A DNA stretch of 64,000 nt from Candidatus Multivorans sp. GTDB lineage: Bacteria; Acidobacteriota; Thermoanaerobaculia; Multivoradales; Multivoraceae. Shown here one piece after another: positions 1 to 10,568 of the stretch (position 1 is its first letter; each line of letters opens with the position of its first letter). The DNA is taken from the NCBI GenBank assembly GCA_965247095.1, contig OZ251997.1, positions 3,584,001 to 3,648,000 on the forward strand, written 5' to 3'. A model generated the notes under the pieces. The model did no database searches. It saw only the letters and a list, made by a program, of their open reading frames with translations, and had not been told where the DNA came from. Position numbers and translations under genes: made by a program.

Positions 1-454
1 GGATCACGTCGGAACTTTCGACGCCGTCGCCGAAGCGCTCGAAGACGCCGCTGATCTCGTCGCCGGCGAGCAGGCGCCGGCTCATCTCCTCGTGGTCGAT
101 TCCGTCCTCGAACAGATCCTCGGCCCAGTGGCTGAACGGGGCGTGGCCGAGGTCGTGGAGCAGAGCGGCCGCCCGGACCAGGCGGCGGGCGCGTGCCCGC
201 GAGCCGGGATCGAGCGGCATCTCCTCGGCACGCGCCAGGGTGTCGTAGACGCGCCCGGCGAGGTGCATCGTGCCGAGGGCGTGGCCGAAGCGGCTGTGCT
301 CGGCGCCTGGGAATACCAGGTGGGTCAGGCCGAGTTGGCGAATCGAACGCAGGCGCTGCATCGGCCTGGTGCGGATCAGCGCCGCCTCCAGCTCGTCGGC
401 TTCGATGAAGCCATGGATGGGATCGCGGAAGGCGAGTTTGGGAGGTGCGTTCAT
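1..454 (-). CDS. HD-domain phosphohydrolase (COG1078/SAMHD1-like), runs off the window's left edge
   Basis: Translated by hand (absent from the ORF track because there is no stop in the window): MNAPPKLAFRDPIHGFI...MQRLRSIRQLGLTHLVFPGAEHSRFGHALG...AALLHDLGHAPFSH, the typical family motifs. Confidence 0.9.
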   Translation of the reverse strand, partial: MNAPPKLAFRDPIHGFIEADELEAALIRTRPMQRLRSIRQLGLTHLVFPGAEHSRFGHALGTMHLAGRVYDTLARAEEMPLDPGSRARARRLVRAAALLHDLGHAPFSHWAEDLFEDGIDHEEMSRRLLAGDEISGVFERFGDGVESSDVI

Positions 455-501
455 CGGGGCAGCCACGGGTTGTTACTCTACGGCTGGCTCCGGCCAATGC
501 G

Positions 502-1248
502 ATGAAATACCACATGTCCAGCAGTAGCGCGCCGTGGCTGGGCGCACTGTTCGTGGCCCTGATCGCGGCGTCGACCCTCCCGGCCCAGTCGCCCGAAGCT
601 CCGGCCGCCCCGCCCGATCCGACGGCCGAGGGCCTCGGTCTGCGCGAGAAGCTGGACCGGCTGGTGGAGCGGGTGAAGTACGAACAGAACCGGATCGAGA
701 CCATTCAGGCGCGCCTGGTGCAGCACCTGACGAGCGAGCTGTTGCTCGAGCCGCAGGTGAGTCGGGGCTGGTTCCGCTACCGGCCGCCCGACGCGCTCCG
801 ATGGGAGTTCGTCGAGCCGGAACCCCTGGTGATTGTTATGCATGGGGATGTGGCGACCACGTGGTATGTCGATCTCGGCACGGCGAAAGTGACCGATGTC
901 GGCAGCCTCTCGGAACAGGTCCTCACCTATCTCGGCCCTGCCGGCAGCCTGGAAACGCTGATGAAGCGCTTCACGGTCCAGGTGGAGTTTCCCGAGCAGG
1001 AGGGGGCGCCCTACTTCCTGCACCTGACGGCGGACTACCGGCGGGTGGAGAAGTACGCGACGACGATCGATATCTGGGTCGACGCCGCGAGCTACCTGCC
1101 CCGGAGCTTCAAGGTCGTGCACGCCAGCGGCGACGAAAGGCTGATCGAACTCAAGGACATGGTGCTGAACGAGCCGATCGACGACGAAGTGTTCATCCTC
1201 TCGCTGCCGGACGACGTTGAGGTGACGAAGGTCGACCTCAAACGATAG
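502..1248 (+). CDS. lolA: Outer-membrane lipoprotein carrier LolA family protein
   Basis: Signal peptide; SRGWFRYRPPDALRWEFVEPEP motif; C-terminal LNEPIDDEVF...LPDDVEV. Confidence 0.75.
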   Translation: MKYHMSSSSAPWLGALFVALIAASTLPAQSPEAPAAPPDPTAEGLGLREKLDRLVERVKYEQNRIETIQARLVQHLTSELLLEPQVSRGWFRYRPPDALRWEFVEPEPLVIVMHGDVATTWYVDLGTAKVTDVGSLSEQVLTYLGPAGSLETLMKRFTVQVEFPEQEGAPYFLHLTADYRRVEKYATTIDIWVDAASYLPRSFKVVHASGDERLIELKDMVLNEPIDDEVFILSLPDDVEVTKVDLKR

Positions 1249-1254
1249 AGCCGC

Positions 1255-2415
<1,161 letters not shown>

Positions 2416-2464
2416 GGTACGCCCTGCGGTGCGGGCTGCGCGAGGCCCGCCTGACCGCGCCATC

Positions 2465-2525
2465 CTAGGAGTCAAGTCGCGGCGTCCGCGCCGCGCTGAC
2501 GCACAGCAAAAGGCCTTGTTCCATG
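2465..2525 (-). repeat. Dispersed repeat module D (CTAG-ended)
   Basis: Reverse complement catggaacaagg...tgtgcgtcagcgcggcgcggacgccgcgacttgactcctag matches 28161-28226 and 38606-38660. Confidence 0.85.
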
Positions 2526-2849
2526 GAAGCACCAGAGATGATTCCTGATTTCACACTGTTTGTGGCCGCGGGGATCCTCCCCTCGGGCCTCGTCCAGATC
2601 CTGCCGCTGATCCTGATCGGCGGCATCTTCTACTTCCTGCTCATCGCCCCGGAACGCCGCCGCCGGCAGCAACTGCGGAAGACGGTGGAGGCCCTGAAGC
2701 GGGGCGACCGCATCCTCACGCAGGGCGGCATCCACGGTGAGGTCGTGTCGACCGAGTCGAACACCGTGATCGTGAAGATCGCGGACGGCGTCAAGGTCAA
2801 GGTGACGAAGGCCGCGGTGAGCGGTCTGGCGGAAGAGCCCAAGGCATGA
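2523..2849 (+). CDS. yajC: Preprotein translocase subunit YajC
   Basis: IFYFLLIAPERRR...LKRGDRILTQGGIHGEV; between tgt and secD. Confidence 0.95.
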   Translation: MEAPEMIPDFTLFVAAGILPSGLVQILPLILIGGIFYFLLIAPERRRRQQLRKTVEALKRGDRILTQGGIHGEVVSTESNTVIVKIADGVKVKVTKAAVSGLAEEPKA

Positions 2850-4420
2850 ACAGGAACCTGCTCTGGCGGGGCCTGCTCGTGGTCGTCGTGGTCGGCGCTT
2901 GCGCCTTCTGGGCGTTTCCGCTCGGCGACTCGATCCATCTGGGTCTCGACCTGCGCGGCGGCATTCACCTCGTGCTCGAGGTGCTGACCGACGATGCGCT
3001 GCGGGCGGAAGCGCAGAAGGACATCGACAGCCTGATCCAGAAACTGGACGAGAAGGGCGCCTCCGGCGTCGCCGGCGCGACCGAATCGCCGGTCCGCTTC
3101 CGACTCACCGGCCTGCCGGCCGACCAGGACACCTTGCTCCCCGACATCCTCGAGCAGTCCATGCCGTACTGGACGTGGAGGCGCAGCGGCGAGGAGGTGA
3201 TCTTCGACCGCCGGGCCGACGAGGTGAACAACATCCGCGAGCAGGCGATCAACCAGGCCCTGCAGACGATCCGCAACCGCGTCGACGAGTTCGGCGTCGC
3301 TGAGCCGGTGATCCAGCGTCAGGGTCTGGGCAGCAACCGGCTGGTGGTCCAGCTTCCCGGCGTCGACGACCCGGAACGGGTGAAGAACCTGATCAAGAAC
3401 ACCGCCTTCCTCGAGTTCCGCCTCGCCGTGTATCCCCCGAACGGCGGCGCGGCTGTGGACACCCAGGAGATCCTGAGTCAGTACGCCGGCACGCTTCCCG
3501 ATCACCTCGAGATCCTGGCCCAGGACCAGCGGGACGACGACGGCAACGTGATCGGTCAGGGCTACTACGCGCTCGAGAAGCGCCCGGTGATCACGGGCCG
3601 CGATCTCAAGACGGCGCGCGCCGACCTCGGACAGTTCCAGGAGCCGGTGGTCAACTTCTCGCTCACCCACGAGGGCGCCCAGATCTTCGGGGACTGGACC
3701 GGCGCCAACATCGGCAGGCCCCTGGCGATCGTGCTCGACGGACGGGTGCAGTCGGCGCCGACCATCGAGGGCCGGATCTCGGACTCCGGGATCATCCGCG
3801 GGTCGTTCACCCAGCAGGAGGTCGAGGACCTGGCGATGGTGCTGCGTTCCGGCGCCCTGCCGGCGGGCATCGAGTACCTGGAGCAGCGGGCGGTCGGTCC
3901 GTCGCTGGGTCAGGACTCGATCGACCAGGGCGCCCGCGCCTTCATGTACGGCATCGCACTCGTGGTGCTGACGATGCTGGTCGTGTACCGCGGTTCGGGC
4001 ATCAACGCGATGGTGGCCCTGGCGCTCAACTTCGTGCTCGTGTTCGGTGTCCTGGCCTACTTCGGCGCCGCGCTCACTCTGCCCGGCATCGCGGGCCTGA
4101 TCCTGACCATCGGCATGGCGGTGGACGCCAACGTGCTGGTGTTCGAGCGGATCCGCGAGGAGTTGCACAACGGCCGCACGGTCAAGGCCTCGGTTGTCTC
4201 CGGCTTCGGCAAGGCGTGGTCGTCGATCCTCGACGCGAACCTGACCACCCTGATCGCGGCCATTTTCCTGATCAACTTCGGCACCGGCGCGATCCGCGGC
4301 TTCGCGGTGACGCTCACCGTCGGCATCCTGGCTTCGGTGTTCACGGCCGTCTTCAACAGCCGTCTCCTGTTCGACCTGGTCCTCTCGCGCTCGGGCCGCG
4401 TCGAGCGTTTGTCCATCTGA
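2846..4420 (+). CDS. secD: Protein translocase subunit SecD
   Basis: LGLDLRGG, RVDEFGVAEP, LRSGALPA, GMAVDANVLVFERIREE. Confidence 0.97.
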   Translation: MNRNLLWRGLLVVVVVGACAFWAFPLGDSIHLGLDLRGGIHLVLEVLTDDALRAEAQKDIDSLIQKLDEKGASGVAGATESPVRFRLTGLPADQDTLLPDILEQSMPYWTWRRSGEEVIFDRRADEVNNIREQAINQALQTIRNRVDEFGVAEPVIQRQGLGSNRLVVQLPGVDDPERVKNLIKNTAFLEFRLAVYPPNGGAAVDTQEILSQYAGTLPDHLEILAQDQRDDDGNVIGQGYYALEKRPVITGRDLKTARADLGQFQEPVVNFSLTHEGAQIFGDWTGANIGRPLAIVLDGRVQSAPTIEGRISDSGIIRGSFTQQEVEDLAMVLRSGALPAGIEYLEQRAVGPSLGQDSIDQGARAFMYGIALVVLTMLVVYRGSGINAMVALALNFVLVFGVLAYFGAALTLPGIAGLILTIGMAVDANVLVFERIREELHNGRTVKASVVSGFGKAWSSILDANLTTLIAAIFLINFGTGAIRGFAVTLTVGILASVFTAVFNSRLLFDLVLSRSGRVERLSI

Positions 4421-4424
4421 GGTG

Positions 4425-4531
4425 GCCGCCAAACCTGTCGCAGGCGCCTTGTTTGGCCCCAGCCCCTAAACCTCACCACAAGTTTGCGCCCCAGAACTCA
4501 CTGCGTTACGTTCTGCGGCGCAAGCTCATAG
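4425..4531. repeat. Repeat module A plus palindromic module B in the secD-secF spacer
   Basis: gtttggccccagcccc..acctcacca followed by ttgcgccccagaac-tcactgcgttac-gttctgcggcgcaagctc; homologous to about 27965-28067. Confidence 0.85.
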
Positions 4532-4544
4532 TAGGAATCCGTCG

Positions 4545-5720
4545 ATGGAGTTTTTCCGCAATACCAGTTTCGATTTCATGCGCATGCGGCGCGTGTGCAT
4601 GGGGCTATCCGCGGTCGTGGTGATCGCGTCGGTGGGCTTCATCTTCAGCCGCCAGTTGAACCTCGGCATCGACTTCGCCGGCGGCACGCAGATGATCGTG
4701 CAGTTCGCCGAGCCGCCGGATGTCCAGGAGCTGCGCGGGCTGTTGGAAGACGCGGGGATCGAGAACGCGTCGATCCAGTCGTTCGGCACCGAGGAGGACA
4801 ACTCGGTCATCCTCAGGACCCCGACCGCGGAGGAAGGCGGGGAAGAAAGCGCCGTCCGGATCGAGGAGATGCTGCGGCAGCGCTACAACGGCGGGGTTTC
4901 GGGCTTCGACCTGAACCGGCAGGGAACCGAGGCGCTGGCCTCGCTGCTGCTCGAGGCCGATCCGGACGACCAGCGCGCCTCGGGCGACGACATCGCGGCC
5001 CGGGAGCACTATCGCGAGGCATCGACCGAGGTGATGGCGCACCGGCGGAGCGAGGGCCTGATCCGCGACTGGGCCGAAATCGAGCCGAGCGAGGCACTGA
5101 GCGCCGCCGCCGTCGCGGCGATCCAGGAACGCGCGACCATCGGCAACTTCGCGGTGCTGTCGAGCGACAACGTTCAGCCCCAGATCGGCAGCGAGCTGCG
5201 GCGCAAGGGCTTGCTGGCGATCAGCTTCTCCCTTGCCGGCATTCTGGCCTACATCTGGTTCCGGTTCGAGCTGCGCTTCGGTATCGGCGCCTTAGTGGCG
5301 CTCGCGCACGATGTCGCCGTCTGCCTGGGCCTGTTCGCGTTTGCCGGGTATGAGTTCAACCTGACCACGGTAGCGGCGTTCCTGACCGTGATCGGCTACT
5401 CGGTGAACGACTCCGTGGTCGTCTTCGATCGGGTGCGCGAGAACCTGCGCCGCAACCGCCGCGAGAGCCTGGTGGAGGTGCTGAACCGGAGTCTGAACCA
5501 GACCCTGTCCCGCACCGTCCTGACCTCAGGCACCACCCTGCTGGCGGTCGGCAGCCTCTTCATCCTCGGTGGCGATGTGATTCGCGGCTTCTCCTTCCTG
5601 CTCCTCATCGGCGTGGTCGTCGGCACCTATTCGTCGATCTACGTCGCCAGCCCGATCGTGCTTCTCTGGGAGGGTTCGTTCGGCCGCGAGCGACGGCAGA
5701 AGAAGGCGGCCGCCGCCTAA
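4545..5720 (+). CDS. secF: Protein translocase subunit SecF
   Basis: NLGIDFAGGT, IGYSVNDSVVVFDRVRE, GTYSSIYVASP. Confidence 0.97.
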   Translation: MEFFRNTSFDFMRMRRVCMGLSAVVVIASVGFIFSRQLNLGIDFAGGTQMIVQFAEPPDVQELRGLLEDAGIENASIQSFGTEEDNSVILRTPTAEEGGEESAVRIEEMLRQRYNGGVSGFDLNRQGTEALASLLLEADPDDQRASGDDIAAREHYREASTEVMAHRRSEGLIRDWAEIEPSEALSAAAVAAIQERATIGNFAVLSSDNVQPQIGSELRRKGLLAISFSLAGILAYIWFRFELRFGIGALVALAHDVAVCLGLFAFAGYEFNLTTVAAFLTVIGYSVNDSVVVFDRVRENLRRNRRESLVEVLNRSLNQTLSRTVLTSGTTLLAVGSLFILGGDVIRGFSFLLLIGVVVGTYSSIYVASPIVLLWEGSFGRERRQKKAAAA

Positions 5721-5730
5721 GGGAGAGGCG

Positions 5731-7959
5731 ATGGCTGCCGTGACACGACCCCGGGATCCGCTGCCGGTGCGGGATCCGGGGGACGTGGGGGTCGACGATG
5801 TCCTGAGCCGCCTGCAGGAGAACGATCGCGCCTGCGACGAAGCGTGGCTGTGTCGGGCCTACGAGTATGCCGAGCGGTCGCACCGCGGGCAGGTCAGGCG
5901 TTCGGGAGACCCGTACATCAGCCATCCCCTCGGCGTCGCCCACATGCTGGCGGAGCTCAAGTTCGACCAGACCAGCGTCGCCGTCGGCCTGCTGCACGAC
6001 GTCCTGGAGGACACCGGCGCAACGAAGAAGGACCTCGCGGCCGAGTTCGGAGACGAGATCGCCGACCTGGTGGACGGCGTGTCGAAGATCGGCCGCCACG
6101 AGTACGTCCGCAGCGACGAGGTGCAGGCCGAGAGCTTCCGCAAGCTGATCCTGGCCTCGGCCCGCGACCTGCGGGTGATCGTGGTCAAGTTGGTTGACCG
6201 CCTGCACAACATGCTCACCCTGGAGCATCTCGAGCCGGGGAAGCAGCGGCGCATCTCGCGCGAGACGCTGGAGATCTACGCGCCGCTTGCCCACCGGTTG
6301 GGGATGTCCCGGATTCAGCGGGTGCTGGAGGATCGGGCGTTCCGGCACCTGCATCCGCACCGCTACGAGGACATCCGCAAACAGCTCGACGAGCGGATCA
6401 AGGGGGCCCGGAGCACGACCCGGCGAGTTGCCGAGCGTCTGCGGCAGGTGCTTGAGGGAGCGGAAATCGAGGCCGAGATCAGTCACCGGGTCAAGGGCTA
6501 CTACTCGATCTACCAGAAGCTCCGTCGCCGGCAGATCGATCTACCGGACCTGTTCGACTTCGTGGCCTTCCGGATCATCACGGTCGACGTGAAGAACACC
6601 TACGCCGCGCTCGGCGTCGTGCACCAGATCTGGCGTCCCATTCCGGGCCGCTTCAAGGACTACATCGCGATGCCGAAGCCGAACCTGTACCAGTCGCTGC
6701 ACACGACGGTGCTGGGCCGCGGCGGGCAGCCGTTCGAGGTCCAGATCCGGACCCAGGCGATGGACCTGCTCGCCGAAGAGGGCGTGGCGGCGCACTGGCG
6801 GTACAAGGGAGGTCAGCTCGACACCGACCAGAAAGACGTCAGCATCGTGTGGCTGCGCCAGCTCCTCGAGTGGCAGCAGGAGGTGCCGGACCCGCGCACC
6901 TTCCTGAGCGCGCTCAAGATCGACCTGTATCCCGACGAGGTCTACGTCTTCACGCCCAAGGGCGACGTGCTCTCGCTTCCCCGCGGCGCGTCACCGCTCG
7001 ACTTCGCGTATCGCGTTCACACCGAACTCGGCCATCACACGAGCGGCGCGCGGGTGAACGGACGGCTGGTGCCGCTGCGCACCGAACTGAACAACGGCGA
7101 CATCGTCGAAATCAAGACGAACCCGAACCGCGAACCCAGCCGCGACTGGCTGAACATCGTCGCCACGCCGCGGGCGCGGAGCAAGATCCGTCATTGGATC
7201 AACGCCGAGCAGAAGAAGCGGGCCATCGAGATCGGCCGCACGATGCTGACCAGTGAACTGCGCCGCTACCGGGTGAGCCCGCGCCGCATGTTCGACTCGA
7301 AGGAGATGGCGGACTTCCTGGCCGCCGAGGGCTACGGGAGCGTCGACGAGTTGTGCAGCCGGCTGGGCTTCGGCCGCGGTTCGGTCAAGCCGGTGCTGCG
7401 TGCGCTCCTGCCGCCGGAGCGTCTGCGTCGCCGGGACCAGGAACCGAGCCGCCTGCGCCAGGCCGTGAGCAAGGTGTTGCCCCGCGACCAGGCGAGGCTG
7501 GTGGTCAAGGGCGAGAACGACATGCTCGCGTTCTTCGCCGGCTGCTGCAGCCCGTTGCCGGGCGAGGACATCATGGGTTTCGTGACCCGCGGCCGGGGCG
7601 TCTCCGTCCACTCGGTGGACTGTCCGAACGTGCGCAACCTGCTGTACCACCCCGAACGGGAGATCCAGGTCGAGTGGGCGCGCCGGCACGACGCGATGTT
7701 CGCGGTCACCCTGGTCATCGAGACCCGCGACCGGCCGGGCGTGCTCGCGCGCGTCACCGAGGCGATCGCCAAGCAAGGCAGCAACATCCGCCACATCGAG
7801 AGCCGCAGCCGCGGTCACGGCGAGGCGGCGATCGACGTCGTGGTCGACGTCCGGAACCGGAAGCACCTGAACCGGCTGCAGGAGTCACTGGAAGAGCTGT
7901 CCGCGGTACGCACGGTCAAGCGCCGGCAGGGATCGCCGCCGGCATCGGCTACCGGCTAG
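5731..7959 (+). CDS. rel: Bifunctional (p)ppGpp synthetase/hydrolase
   Basis: HD (LLHDVLED), synthetase (KPNLYQSLHT), TGS (DFAYRVHT), CCSPLPG and ACT domains. Confidence 0.96.
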   Translation: MAAVTRPRDPLPVRDPGDVGVDDVLSRLQENDRACDEAWLCRAYEYAERSHRGQVRRSGDPYISHPLGVAHMLAELKFDQTSVAVGLLHDVLEDTGATKKDLAAEFGDEIADLVDGVSKIGRHEYVRSDEVQAESFRKLILASARDLRVIVVKLVDRLHNMLTLEHLEPGKQRRISRETLEIYAPLAHRLGMSRIQRVLEDRAFRHLHPHRYEDIRKQLDERIKGARSTTRRVAERLRQVLEGAEIEAEISHRVKGYYSIYQKLRRRQIDLPDLFDFVAFRIITVDVKNTYAALGVVHQIWRPIPGRFKDYIAMPKPNLYQSLHTTVLGRGGQPFEVQIRTQAMDLLAEEGVAAHWRYKGGQLDTDQKDVSIVWLRQLLEWQQEVPDPRTFLSALKIDLYPDEVYVFTPKGDVLSLPRGASPLDFAYRVHTELGHHTSGARVNGRLVPLRTELNNGDIVEIKTNPNREPSRDWLNIVATPRARSKIRHWINAEQKKRAIEIGRTMLTSELRRYRVSPRRMFDSKEMADFLAAEGYGSVDELCSRLGFGRGSVKPVLRALLPPERLRRRDQEPSRLRQAVSKVLPRDQARLVVKGENDMLAFFAGCCSPLPGEDIMGFVTRGRGVSVHSVDCPNVRNLLYHPEREIQVEWARRHDAMFAVTLVIETRDRPGVLARVTEAIAKQGSNIRHIESRSRGHGEAAIDVVVDVRNRKHLNRLQESLEELSAVRTVKRRQGSPPASATG

Positions 7960-8039
7960 GGGGCTGCGCAGCGGGCTGGCGGTCGTCGGAGTCCTGGGGG
8001 GAGGCCCGCTAGACGGAGTCGACCGGGGGTCCGTAGACA

Positions 8040-8750
8040 ATGTTTGAGGGCCCCGCTCACGAACTCATGGAGGGGAAGAACATGATTGTGACCCGTCGAG
8101 TACATCTTGTCGTTGTGGCGACCGCCTGCACGGCGCTGGTCGGCTTCGGCTTCGAGCCTGCTGCTCTGGCTGAAGGCCCGGCAGCCGGGTCCGTGACGGT
8201 CCAGGCGACGCCGAGCAGCGTCCCCGAGAGCGGCGGCGAAATCGAACTGCTCGCTATCGTCCGCGACGACCGCGGGCGGCCGCTTGAGAACGCGAAGGTG
8301 AACTTCCTCGCCACGACCGGCACGCTGGTATCGGGTGGACGGTTGGTTGTAACCGGAGGGAGCGGAGGCGCCACCGACCGGCTAACGCTGACCGCCGCCG
8401 AACTGGCCGCGGTGGGGGAGGAGAGCTTCCAACTGGCGGTGGCCGTCGGCTCCGACGGCGTGGCTCTGCGGACGGCGAACGCTGGCGTCCGAATCCAGAG
8501 AGCGCCGCAGGCAGGCTTCAGACACGATGCCGGGGGGTTGGTGGTGGCCTTCGACGATGTCTCCGCAGGCCGGGTCACGGACAGACAGTGGGACTTCGGC
8601 GACGGCGCCACGAGCACCCGCCAGAGCCCGGCTCACACCTTCACTGAGCCGGGGTTCTACGCGGTCACACTGCGCAGCGCGAACTCGGTGGGATCGGACG
8701 AGGTGACCAGATTGGTCTGGGTTGGACGCATGCGGGGCGCTGACGAGTAG
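8040..8750 (+). CDS. Secreted Ig-like (Big) + PKD domain protein
   Basis: Signal peptide; WDFGDGATST..P.HTF..PG.Y.VTL PKD motif; paralog of the next gene's C-terminal two-thirds; start may be 8082. Confidence 0.75.
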   Translation: MFEGPAHELMEGKNMIVTRRVHLVVVATACTALVGFGFEPAALAEGPAAGSVTVQATPSSVPESGGEIELLAIVRDDRGRPLENAKVNFLATTGTLVSGGRLVVTGGSGGATDRLTLTAAELAAVGEESFQLAVAVGSDGVALRTANAGVRIQRAPQAGFRHDAGGLVVAFDDVSAGRVTDRQWDFGDGATSTRQSPAHTFTEPGFYAVTLRSANSVGSDEVTRLVWVGRMRGADE

Positions 8751-8787
8751 ACGCTCTCCTGACTGCGTTCGTATACTGATTCGAGAG

Positions 8788-9720
8788 ATGGACACCCGGC
8801 GCCGATTCCTGCCTGCCGCGATCGCCGCCAGCTTGTGTCTGGCGCTGTTCGCGGCTTGTGACCAGACGAATCCGGTGGCCCCCTCGGGCACGCTGATCAC
8901 GATCAGCGCGAATCCCGACCGCATCCCGTCGGACGGCAGTGCCGAAATCCGGGTCGTGGCGCTGCGGCCGAATGGCACGCCGGTCAGTTCCGGCACCCTG
9001 ATTCGGCTTGCGACCACGCTGGGTTCGATTCCGCCCAGTGTTCCCGTCGACGATCGGGGCGAGGCGCTGGCGATGCTTGAGGCCAAGGGCCAGTTCGGCG
9101 TTGCCACGATCTCCGCCAGCACCGGCGGCTCGGAGACGGCGACGGTCGATGTTCAGGTCGGTCTCTCGCCGGCGTCCGTGACCGTGCAGGTGACGCCGAA
9201 CAGCGTGCCCGAGACGGGCGGGGAGGCCGATCTGCTGGCGATCGTTCGCGACGACCGGGGCCAGCCGCTTGAGAACGCGCAGGTCAACTTCCGCACCGAG
9301 ATCGGTACGCTCGAATCGGGCGGGGGATTGATCACCACCGGCGCCGACGGCACGGCGTCGGACCGCCTGCTCGTCAGCTCGGGCGATCTCGACACCGTGA
9401 CGGGCGACACCTTCCAGGTCGGCGTCGATGTCGGCAGCGGCGGCGGCCAGTTGGTGACGACGAACGTGAGCGTCAGCATTCAGCGGCTGCCGCGGGCCGA
9501 CTTCACCTTCAGCACCCGCAATCTGCTGGTCGCGTTCGAGGACACGACCGACGGCCGCACGACGAGTTGGCTGTGGATCTTCGGCGACGACAACACGAGC
9601 ACGCGGCAGAACCCGACCCATACCTATGCCGCGACGGGCACCTACGCGGTCACCTTCCGGGCCACCAACTCGCTCGGCTCCGACGAGGTGACGAAGTTCG
9701 TCCAGGTCACGGGTCAGTAG
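8788..9720 (+). CDS. Lipoprotein with two Ig-like domains + PKD domain
   Basis: Lipobox LFAAC; WIFGDDNTSTRQNPTHTY PKD motif; TATACT upstream. Confidence 0.8.
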   Translation: MDTRRRFLPAAIAASLCLALFAACDQTNPVAPSGTLITISANPDRIPSDGSAEIRVVALRPNGTPVSSGTLIRLATTLGSIPPSVPVDDRGEALAMLEAKGQFGVATISASTGGSETATVDVQVGLSPASVTVQVTPNSVPETGGEADLLAIVRDDRGQPLENAQVNFRTEIGTLESGGGLITTGADGTASDRLLVSSGDLDTVTGDTFQVGVDVGSGGGQLVTTNVSVSIQRLPRADFTFSTRNLLVAFEDTTDGRTTSWLWIFGDDNTSTRQNPTHTYAATGTYAVTFRATNSLGSDEVTKFVQVTGQ

Positions 9721-9732
9721 CCGCGGCCCGCC

Positions 9733-9927
9733 ATGGCAGCCGAAGGGAGCCCAGTGGCTGCTCACCCGCCGACGCCGACGGTCACGCTGGGCGAGTTGTA
9801 CCTGGCCCAGGGACACCGGCGCGAGGCCGCTGAGATCTTCGAACAGGTCTTAAGGGCCGACCCGGGCAACCGCCGGGCGCGCGAGGGGCTGGAAAGCCTG
9901 CGCGGGAAGCGTGCCGCGGGTCTGTAG
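9733..9927 (+). CDS. Small single-TPR protein (possibly a remnant)
   Basis: TLGELYLAQGHRREAAEIFEQVLRADPGN fits the TPR consensus. Confidence 0.65.
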   Translation: MAAEGSPVAAHPPTPTVTLGELYLAQGHRREAAEIFEQVLRADPGNRRAREGLESLRGKRAAGL

Positions 9928-10030
9928 CCGCGGGCAACTACGCCGCGGAGCGGCGACCGATACACTCCGCCGCGGTGATGCGGCTCTCGTAGCCGCGCGT
10001 CTCGTAGGACGCAGAGAGTTGGAGGAGTAC

Positions 10031-10500
<470 letters not shown>

Positions 10501-10504
<4 letters not shown>

Positions 10505-10561
10505 CAGCGTGCGCCGCAGGAAGAATCGGCGCACCCCATGTTCTGCCCCGCACGCTCCTAG
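10501..10561. repeat. CTAG-bounded degenerate palindromic element (module B family)
   Basis: ctagcagcgtgcgccgcagg...gttctgccccgcacgctcctag; the left CTAG contains the accB stop. Confidence 0.65.
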
Positions 10562-10568
10562 CAGTCCC

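Noticed and set aside
1-85. LeuD-like start (MSRRLLAGDEISGVFERFGDG) after GAGGAG
   Set aside because: It is in frame with, and internal to, the HD-domain protein
7956-8012. CTAG-bounded element after rel
   Set aside because: CTAG occurs at both ends, but similarity to module B is too weak to call
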